DNA from: Sedimentisphaerales bacterium | Lineage (GTDB): Bacteria > Planctomycetota > Phycisphaerae > Sedimentisphaerales > Anaerobacaceae | DNA: 64,000 bases | Direction: 5' to 3' | Assembly: GCA_040772485.1 (NCBI GenBank) | Contig: JAXGYC010000009.1 | Coordinates: forward strand, 416,001-480,000 | Shown: positions 40,550 to 52,423 of the stretch, piece after piece | How the letters are laid out: each line of letters begins with the position of its first letter | Position numbering within the stretch: position 1 is the stretch's first letter | Position numbers and translations under genes: made by a program | Notes under the pieces: model-generated | What the model was told of the DNA's origin: nothing | What the model saw: the letters and a program-made list of their open reading frames with translations, nothing else | The model's database searches: none

Positions 40550-42227
40550 TGACCGTGTGCTGACAGCCGGGCCCGTCCGGCCACCTCAGGACAACGTTCC
40601 GCAGACCAAACAGCAGCGCGACAAGCTGCTGACGGTCGTTCGAGAATACGTGGAGATGCACGGACCGGTGCCGCCTCTGTCAATCGACGAGTTGCGGTCC
40701 CATACGGAGGCGGTGCTGCGCCAGGCGGGCATGGATCGCAAGTACAGCGATTTTGCCGGGGTGCTCGTCAACAATGAGGTCTGGCGCGAGACGGTCGCGG
40801 CGATTCCCTACGAGAAGCGTCTTCTGCTGCTGCCCAAGTGTCTGCGCAGCTCCAGCGAGTGTCCGGCGAGCTTCGACGATCTGGGCCTGTTGTGCGAGCA
40901 CTGCGGACGATGCCCCATCGGCGAATTGAAGAGCCAGGCAGAGTCTTTGGGCTACGCGGTCCTGGTTGCAGAAGGTTCGCCGGTCGTGATGAGCCTGATC
41001 GAGACGGGTCAGATCGAGGCCGTGGTGGGCGCGAGCTGCCTGTCCGTGTTGGAGCGGGTCTTTCCCTACATGGAAGCCGGAGCGGTTCCCGGCGTGGCGA
41101 TTCCCCTCCTGCGAGACGGCTGTGCCGACACCAGCGTAGACCTCGATTGGCTCTGGGAGGCGATCTATCAGACGACGGAAGACCAGACCAGACGTCTCGA
41201 TCTCGATGCGCTGCATCGGCAGGTCAACGAGTGGTTCTCACACGAGGCCCTCATGCAGATGATCGCGCCAAAGCCCGACCCGACCGAACAGGTGGCCCTG
41301 GACTGGATGGCCAAGGCGGGCAAACGCTGGCGGCCCTTCCTCGGCGTCTGCACGTACAAAGCGCTTTCAACCGAGGGTTTGCGTGCGACAGACCGGGACG
41401 TGCAAAGGATGGCGGTCGCGGTGGAATGCTTCCACAAGGCATCGCTCGTCCACGACGACATCGAAGACGGCGACGCGCATCGCTATGGCGAAAAGACGCT
41501 CCATTCGGAGCATGGCATTCCGATTGCGCTGAACGTTGGCGACCTGCTTCTGGGCGAGGGCTATCGGCTCCTCGTCGAGACCGATGCCTCTGATGCGCGG
41601 AAAGCGAAACTCCTGAGTGCGGCGGTGCAAGGCCATCGTACGCTCTGCCTGGGACAGGGCCGCGAGCTGGCATGGGCCCGCGCGCCGAAACCGCTGACGG
41701 TAGCGGACGTGCTGGAGATCTTCCGCCTGAAGACGGCCCCGGCCTTCGAGGTGGCGCTTCGCCTCGGCGCGATCCTGGCGGGTTGTGACGACCTGGTCGG
41801 CAGCGTGCTGAAGCAATACAGCGATTCTCTGGGCATCGCCTACCAGATTCGCGACGACCTGGAAGATCTCCGGGATCCCGAGGCGCTCGATCTGTGCATC
41901 CTTCGGCGGCCGAGCGTTCTGCCGGCGCTGGCATACGAGATCGGTGACCAGGACAAGCGGAGGCGAATCGAGCGGCAGTGGGACCCGTCCGCGACGGATG
42001 CCGATCGCGAGCAGGTGCGGCAGATCGTCTCGGCGTCTCAGGTAGAGCTGGCGGCGCTGCGGCTGATGGAGAGCTACAAAGCGCAGGCGATCGGCTCGCT
42101 CATCGCACTGAAGAACGCCAACCTCAAGGGTCTGCTGCGGCGCGTGATGGGCAAGATATTCAACGACTTCGAGATCATGGGCTGCTGCGATGACCATCCG
42201 CCTCGACATGCGGCACGCCGTGGCTGA
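40542..42227 (+). CDS. DUF116 + trans-polyprenyl diphosphate synthase fusion
   Basis: RLLLLPKCLR..C..CEHCGRCPI (DUF116-like), GKRWRP, FARM HKASLVHDDIEDG, GQ, KT, SARM YQIRDDLED. Confidence 0.88.
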   Translation: MPDDRVLTAGPVRPPQDNVPQTKQQRDKLLTVVREYVEMHGPVPPLSIDELRSHTEAVLRQAGMDRKYSDFAGVLVNNEVWRETVAAIPYEKRLLLLPKCLRSSSECPASFDDLGLLCEHCGRCPIGELKSQAESLGYAVLVAEGSPVVMSLIETGQIEAVVGASCLSVLERVFPYMEAGAVPGVAIPLLRDGCADTSVDLDWLWEAIYQTTEDQTRRLDLDALHRQVNEWFSHEALMQMIAPKPDPTEQVALDWMAKAGKRWRPFLGVCTYKALSTEGLRATDRDVQRMAVAVECFHKASLVHDDIEDGDAHRYGEKTLHSEHGIPIALNVGDLLLGEGYRLLVETDASDARKAKLLSAAVQGHRTLCLGQGRELAWARAPKPLTVADVLEIFRLKTAPAFEVALRLGAILAGCDDLVGSVLKQYSDSLGIAYQIRDDLEDLRDPEALDLCILRRPSVLPALAYEIGDQDKRRRIERQWDPSATDADREQVRQIVSASQVELAALRLMESYKAQAIGSLIALKNANLKGLLRRVMGKIFNDFEIMGCCDDHPPRHAARRG

Positions 42228-43095
42228 GGCCGCCGAGGCCCTTGGCGACTCCGTCGACGCCGTCCGCGAGTTCCTCCGTTGCCACCTGTGCGACGATGGG
42301 GGCTTCCAGGGCCGGGACGGCAAGAGCGATCTCTACTATACGGTCTTCGGACTGGAGGCGTCGGTGGCATTGGATGTGAAGCTCCCGTTTGAGCGCGTCG
42401 TGGACTACGTGCGCGGCTTTGGGACCGGACAGTCTCTGGACCTTGTTCATCTGGCCTCGCTGGTCCGATGCCGGATCAACCTGACCGAGGGGGGCAACGA
42501 CTCGATCGATTCTGCCTCCCGGCGGGCCATGATCGCGCACCTGATGCGCTTCCGGGCGGCCGACGGGGGCTTCAGCACCGCAGCGGGAGCCGAACGGGGG
42601 CATGTGTACGGCAGCTTTCTCGCCCTGGGCATCTGCCAGGATCTCGAGGTCGACGACCTGGAGCCGGCGGGCGTGCTCGAATCGGTTCGTTCGCTTCAGA
42701 TGCCCGACGGGGGCTTCTCGAACGAACCGACGATGGCCGTCAGCGCCACCGCGGCCACCGCCGCAGCGGTCACGATCTTCCATTACCTGAAATCGCCGCT
42801 GCCGAAATCGGCGCTGCAATGGCTGGCCGCAAGGGCCGAGCCGCGCGGGGGGTTCTGCGCCATTCCATCCGGCCCCGACGTCGCGATCCCCGATCTGCTC
42901 TCGACGGCGACCGCGCTGCACGCCCTGACGCTGGTCGGCGTCGACCTGGACGAGATTCGCGAGAGAAATCTCGATTATCTCGACGCCTTGTGGAGCGTGC
43001 GAGGCGGTTTCCGGGGCCATCCAGCGGACGATGTGCTGGACTGCGAGTATACGTACTATGGACTTCTGTCACTCGGTGACCTGATCGGGCCATGA
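42190..43095 (+). CDS. Prenyltransferase/squalene oxidase repeat protein (GGTase-beta-like alpha/alpha barrel)
   Basis: Repeated DGGF motifs, DGKSDLYYTVFG, DLLSTATAL, DCEYTYYGLLSLG. Confidence 0.85.
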   Translation: MTIRLDMRHAVAEAAEALGDSVDAVREFLRCHLCDDGGFQGRDGKSDLYYTVFGLEASVALDVKLPFERVVDYVRGFGTGQSLDLVHLASLVRCRINLTEGGNDSIDSASRRAMIAHLMRFRAADGGFSTAAGAERGHVYGSFLALGICQDLEVDDLEPAGVLESVRSLQMPDGGFSNEPTMAVSATAATAAAVTIFHYLKSPLPKSALQWLAARAEPRGGFCAIPSGPDVAIPDLLSTATALHALTLVGVDLDEIRERNLDYLDALWSVRGGFRGHPADDVLDCEYTYYGLLSLGDLIGP

Positions 43096-45047
43096 GGCGC
43101 ATCGACGAAGAGAGACTGAACCGGACGATTGTCACCCTCAGCGAGCGCCTGCTGGCGGCGAGGAACGACCAGGGTCACTGGGTCGGACACCTCTCCAGCA
43201 GCGCTCTTTCGACCGCCACCGCTGTCTTCGCACTTGCGCAGGTCGACGGCACCAGACATCGAACGTGGATCGAACGCGGTCTGCACTGGCTCTGTGCGAA
43301 TCAGAACGCCGACGGCGGGTGGGGTGACACGGTTCAAAGCCCGAGCAACCTGAGCACGACGCTGCTGTGCTACTCGGCGCTGGCGGTTTTAGAGGATGGC
43401 AACCTCAAACGCCGCTCGGGCATAGCCGGTTCTTGGAAACCATCCCCAAGTCCTTCGGACTTGAGGCTGCCACCCGCGGTCGAGAAGGCCGAGGCGTGGC
43501 TTCGTCGCGAGGTGGGCTCGCTCGAGCCGGAGGCTCTGGCCGCAGCGGTGATCGCGCGGTATGGCAAAGACCGGACGTTCTCCGTGCCGATCCTGACGAT
43601 GTGCGCGTTGGCAGGGCGACTGGGCGCCGGCCCCCAGGCGTGGCGTCGAGTCAAGCCACTCCCGTTCGAGCTGGCGGTCCTGCCGCACCGGCTGTACAAG
43701 TGGTTGCGGCTGCCCGTGGTCAGCTACGCACTGCCCGCCCTGATCGCCATCGGGCAGGCCCGCTACGAGCATCGCAGACCTCGCTGTCCCGTGGTCCGGC
43801 TCGTTCGCCATCTGGCGCGAAAGCGAAGCCTCGATGTGCTGATGGCACTCCAGCCGAGCAATGGGGGGTTCCTCGAAGCGGCTCCGTTGACCTCATTCGT
43901 CGTTATGAGCTTGGCCTCCAGCGGACAGGCCGAGCACCCGGTGGTCGCGAAAGGAGGGGAGTTCCTCGTCGCCTCGATCCGCGACGACGGCAGTTGGCCC
44001 ATCGATACCAACCTCGCGACCTGGGGCACGACGCTTTCGATTGCCGCCTTGACCGCCGGCGGAAATGACGGCCTGGCCGACCCAGAGAAACAGCGATGGG
44101 TGGATTGGCTGCTGGCCTGCCAGCACAAGATGGTACACCCTTACACGCAGGCGGCGCCCGGGGGCTGGGCGTGGACGGATTTGCCCGGGGCGGTTCCCGA
44201 TGCGGACGACACCGCCGGCGCACTGCTCGCGCTGCACAGACTCGGCGTTCGGAATGAGGCTGTGTCGAAAGCCGTCAGAGCAGGCATCGGCTGGCTTCTC
44301 GGTCTTCAGAACCGCGACGGCGGGATCCCGACTTTCTGCCGGGGCTGGACCAATCTGCCGTTCGATAGAAGCGCGCCCGATCTGACCGCCCATGCTCTCG
44401 GCGCGATGGGCGTCTGGGTGGGGGAAGCTGACCCGGAGCAACAGACGGTGCGCGCGATGGACAGGGCGATGGACTTCCTGAAGGCGGCCCAGCGTGCGGA
44501 TGGCTCGTGGACGCCGCTGTGGTTCGGCAGTCAGTCCGCGCCGAACCGGGAGAATCCCGTCTATGGCACGAGCCGGGTGCTGACGCACCTGTCGCGCGTT
44601 CCGCCAGCATACCGCCGGCGAATGGATGCCGCGTGCGAGCGGGCCGTGTGTTGGCTTCTGTCGGCGCAAAACGCCGATGGAGGCTGGGGCGGTGCGCCGG
44701 GAGTCGCTTCGTCCATCGAGGAGACCTCGCTGGCCGTTGATGTGCTGGCCGAACTTGCAGGGGCGAATGATGATTCGCGCGTATGCCCTTGCGGGCACAC
44801 TACCGTTCGTAGTGACGCCGTAAGGCGTTACCTTCCCCGGGACAAGTATGCCCTTACGGGCACACTACGAACAGCGCTCGCCCGTGGAGCCCAATGGCTC
44901 ATACAGCATACCGATCAGGGCAGAGCGACGCCGGCCTGCCCCATCGGTCTGTACTTCGCGCAACTCTGGTATTCTGAAGAGCTCTATCCGCTCGTCTTTG
45001 CGCTTTCGGCTCTGGGCAAAGCGCAGGTCGCGTTTCGCTCCGTGTGA
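43092..45047 (+). CDS. Squalene-hopene-cyclase-like class II terpene cyclase
   Basis: GHWVGHLSSSALST, QW motifs (QNADGGWG x2, QNRDGGIP, QRADGSW), GGWAW..VPDADDTA (DXDD acid motif), GLYFAQLWY. Confidence 0.9.
   Translation: MRRIDEERLNRTIVTLSERLLAARNDQGHWVGHLSSSALSTATAVFALAQVDGTRHRTWIERGLHWLCANQNADGGWGDTVQSPSNLSTTLLCYSALAVLEDGNLKRRSGIAGSWKPSPSPSDLRLPPAVEKAEAWLRREVGSLEPEALAAAVIARYGKDRTFSVPILTMCALAGRLGAGPQAWRRVKPLPFELAVLPHRLYKWLRLPVVSYALPALIAIGQARYEHRRPRCPVVRLVRHLARKRSLDVLMALQPSNGGFLEAAPLTSFVVMSLASSGQAEHPVVAKGGEFLVASIRDDGSWPIDTNLATWGTTLSIAALTAGGNDGLADPEKQRWVDWLLACQHKMVHPYTQAAPGGWAWTDLPGAVPDADDTAGALLALHRLGVRNEAVSKAVRAGIGWLLGLQNRDGGIPTFCRGWTNLPFDRSAPDLTAHALGAMGVWVGEADPEQQTVRAMDRAMDFLKAAQRADGSWTPLWFGSQSAPNRENPVYGTSRVLTHLSRVPPAYRRRMDAACERAVCWLLSAQNADGGWGGAPGVASSIEETSLAVDVLAELAGANDDSRVCPCGHTTVRSDAVRRYLPRDKYALTGTLRTALARGAQWLIQHTDQGRATPACPIGLYFAQLWYSEELYPLVFALSALGKAQVAFRSV
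43394..43475. repeat. 82-bp REP doublet, copy 3 (one arm decayed), in-frame in the cyclase
   Basis: Right part ACCATCCCCAAGTCCTTCGGACTTGAGGCTGCCACCC is the reverse complement of copy 1. Encodes GNLKRRSGIAGSWKPSPSPSDLRLPP. Confidence 0.85.
44757..44872. repeat. Composite REP cluster in-frame near the cyclase C-terminus
   Basis: GCAGGGGCGAATGATGATTCGC + GTATGCCCTTGCGGGCACACTAC + GTTCGTAGTGACGCCGTAAGGCGTTAC + GTATGCCCTTACGGGCACACTACGAAC. Confidence 0.85.
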
Positions 45048-45104
45048 GTGCCTGGGTCCGAAAAACCCCGGGTTTCTGTTGCACTGGATCTGCTCCTGTG
45101 ATAT

Positions 45105-45137
45105 TAGTGCTATTAGCAATTATTGCTATGAACAAAT
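45105..45137. promoter_or_regulatory. Overlapping palindromes upstream of marR (TGCTA-T-TAGCA; TAGCAAT-T-ATTGCTA), candidate operator
   Basis: AT-rich TAGTGCTATTAGCAATTATTGCTATGAACAAAT directly upstream of marR. Confidence 0.65.
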
Positions 45138-45161
45138 AAATGGCAGGGCAGTAGAAAGACC

Positions 45162-45572
45162 ATGAAACGACGATTGTTTGAGTTGATTCTGGCGATCAAA
45201 CGCAAGTGCCAGTGCAACGAGGAGCAGATTCAGGAGGAATTGGGTCTGACCGCCTCGCAGTTCCACGGCTTGATCGTTCTGGATGCCGGCGGCGAGGTAG
45301 CCGGATGCGAGTTCGCCCGGCGGATGGGCCTGTCGCCCTCGCGGGGCAGCCGGGTGCTGAACAGCCTGGTCACCAGCGGGCTCGTTGCCGCTCGAAACCG
45401 CCCCGACGATCGACGGACGATGGAGATCGCGCTGACGAGCACGGGAAGGAGAATGCAGAATCGCATCATCGAGCGGATGAAGGCCTGTGAGAGCCGCGTC
45501 TGCGATCGCCTGGATGGTTCCGGCGTGAGACGCATCAGAGAGGCGCTTGAGTTGCTGGAGACGGTCCTGTAA
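45162..45572 (+). CDS. MarR-family regulator, Cys-rich
   Basis: LSPSRGSRVLNSLVTSGLV..DDRRTMEIALTSTG. Five Cys including KCQC. Confidence 0.88.
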   Translation: MKRRLFELILAIKRKCQCNEEQIQEELGLTASQFHGLIVLDAGGEVAGCEFARRMGLSPSRGSRVLNSLVTSGLVAARNRPDDRRTMEIALTSTGRRMQNRIIERMKACESRVCDRLDGSGVRRIREALELLETVL

Positions 45573-45604
45573 CCGCCTGTAGAGTGGAAGTCTGGAGAAC
45601 GACG

Positions 45605-46144
45605 ATGCCGAGAACCTTGATCATTCAACTGGCGTTGGGGCTGCTGATCGGCGGCGGCCTGGGCGCCGTGATGGGATACTATGGCAAGTGTTCCAGCGGG
45701 GCGTGTCCCCTGACGGCCAATCCCTATCGCGGCGCCTTCCTTGGGGCTCTGATGGGAGGCTTGATTGCCTACTCCGGGGCCGGATCGCGGGTGAATCCGG
45801 AAGGCAAGGACAAAGGATACGCCGCGATGCAGATCGAGACGTCGGACGACTTCGAACATTTCGTGTTGAAGGCCGATCAGCCAGTGATGGTCGACTTCTA
45901 CTCGAATGGTTGTCCACCTTGCCGCAGACTGGCGCCCACTGTGGAAGAACTCGCCGAGGAATACCAGGGTCGTGCCATCATCGCCAAGGTCAACGTCGAT
46001 CGCGTGCCGGAACTGGCCCGCCGGTACGGCGTGCAGGGCATTCCCGCCGTTCTTTTCTTCGACAAAGGCGCTGAGACGCAGCGTCTGGTGGGCCTGCGGC
46101 CCCGCAGCGCCTATACCGAGGTGCTCGATGGATTGCTCGGCTGA
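45605..46144 (+). CDS. DUF6132-like membrane domain fused to thioredoxin
   Basis: TM-GKCSSGACPLTANP-TM, then VMVDFYSNGCPPCRRL..YGVQGIP. Confidence 0.85.
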   Translation: MPRTLIIQLALGLLIGGGLGAVMGYYGKCSSGACPLTANPYRGAFLGALMGGLIAYSGAGSRVNPEGKDKGYAAMQIETSDDFEHFVLKADQPVMVDFYSNGCPPCRRLAPTVEELAEEYQGRAIIAKVNVDRVPELARRYGVQGIPAVLFFDKGAETQRLVGLRPRSAYTEVLDGLLG

Positions 46145-46159
46145 CGCATCCTATCTTGA

Positions 46160-46522
46160 CTACAACGGCGTGAGCAGATCGTAGATGCCCAGGAGAATGC
46201 AGGCCAGTCCCGCCGCAGCGCACACGAAGCCGAAAACGCTGAGCACGGTCGCGATGAACTTCCCTTCGAAGTAAGGCGAGGCGGCGAATCGTTGCTTCAA
46301 GACCGCGCCTGCGATGCACAACGGCGACGCGACGCCCAGCACGCCGATCCCGGTCAGGATGCTGCGAAGGGGGTCCTTCAACCGCGCTACCTTGGGCTCG
46401 GGCAGAACCGCCAGCACCACGAAGCAGACCAGCGCGATCGCCAGGGACGCTCCGACGGCCAGCACAAGCTTTCTGACGCCGGGCGGCTTCGAGCTTGTCT
46501 GCTGTATTTCGATCTCGTCCAT
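46160..46522 (-). CDS. Small membrane hypothetical protein (3 TM)
   Basis: MDEIEIQ start just after the MBL gene stop, followed by three hydrophobic segments. Confidence 0.55.
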   Translation of the reverse strand: MDEIEIQQTSSKPPGVRKLVLAVGASLAIALVCFVVLAVLPEPKVARLKDPLRSILTGIGVLGVASPLCIAGAVLKQRFAASPYFEGKFIATVLSVFGFVCAAAGLACILLGIYDLLTPL

Positions 46523-46535
46523 GCCGTCGTCGCCG

Positions 46536-47297
46536 TTATTGCATCTTGCGAATGCGAACCTCGATGTTCTTGTCGTCGGCCAGGAGCTTGACCAGTTCGT
46601 TCGGATCGGTCTGCCCATAGTGATACGGATAGAGGATCTTCGGCTCGAAGGCCCGGGCCGCATCGGCCACCATCGCCGGGGTCATTGTGTACGGCAGGTT
46701 CATCGGCAGAAACGCGATGTCGATCTTCTTGAGGTCTTTCATCTCGGGAATGTTCTCCGTGTCACCCGCGATGTAGACTCGCAGCTTGCCGAACGTCACA
46801 ACGTATCCGTTGCCGTTGCCCTTGGGATGGAAGGGATTGCCGTCGGGTCGCTTGTGAACGATGTTGTAGGCCGGCACTGCCTCGATCTTGAGCCCGTCGA
46901 CCGTCCGCACATCGCCGTTCTTCATCACCAGACCGCCGGCGACCTTCTCGGCGCAGATTTTGGTCAAAACGATCTTCGTCTGCGGCTGGCGAATCAGCTC
47001 CAGCACCTTGGGGTCGAGATGGTCGCCGTGCTCGTGCGTGATCAGGACGAGGTCCGCCTTCGGCAGTTTGGTGTAATCGCCTTCCCGAGTGACGGGATCG
47101 ACGTGAATGACCTTGTTCTGCCAGGTGAACATCAGCGTGCCGTGGCCGATGAAGGTGATTTTCAGATCGCCCTGTTCGGTTTTGAAAATGTCTTCTTCGA
47201 GTTTCTTGTCCTCGGCGGCGCCGGCCGGAACGACGGCAAGCCCCGCCGCAATCAGTGCGGCCACGATGAGCCACACTTGCGCTGTTAGCCTGTTCAT
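46536..47297 (-). CDS. MBL-fold metallo-hydrolase, secreted
   Basis: LITHEHGDHLD, HPKG, YIAGDT, YPYHY. Signal peptide and AAGGAG RBS. Confidence 0.9.
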   Translation of the reverse strand: MNRLTAQVWLIVAALIAAGLAVVPAGAAEDKKLEEDIFKTEQGDLKITFIGHGTLMFTWQNKVIHVDPVTREGDYTKLPKADLVLITHEHGDHLDPKVLELIRQPQTKIVLTKICAEKVAGGLVMKNGDVRTVDGLKIEAVPAYNIVHKRPDGNPFHPKGNGNGYVVTFGKLRVYIAGDTENIPEMKDLKKIDIAFLPMNLPYTMTPAMVADAARAFEPKILYPYHYGQTDPNELVKLLADDKNIEVRIRKMQ

Positions 47298-47332
47298 CGT
47301 CTGCTCCTTTCTCTACGGGCCGAACCGTGGTG

Positions 47333-52235
<4,903 letters not shown>

Positions 52236-52362
52236 GGCGTTATGCGCTCGCGGGCGTGCGTTTAGAGCTTGCCATCGGGGCCCTCCAGGGTATATAATCA
52301 ATTTCGGTTTGGCAGGGTACACAAGACCACGGAGGCTTCTTTCGGATCGAATGGAATCGCCT

Positions 52363-52390
52363 GTAGGGGCGAATCATCGTTCGCCCCCAC
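52363..52390. repeat. 28-bp GTAG REP, intergenic
   Basis: GTAGGGGCGAATCATCGTTCGCCCCCAC. Confidence 0.85.
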
Positions 52391-52423
52391 GCGGACACGC
52401 TACGAACTGTGGAGGACAGAATC

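Noticed and set aside
43092..45047. Naming the cyclase shc/hpnF and the radical SAM hpnP/hpnR/hpnH
   Set aside because: No hopanoid gene context, and the sequences diverge from the canonical enzymes outside the DXDD/QW and CxxxCxxC motifs; substrate not established.
45060..45080. Possible terminator after the cyclase (GAAAAACCCCGGGTTTC)
   Set aside because: Weak imperfect stem with no clear U-tract.
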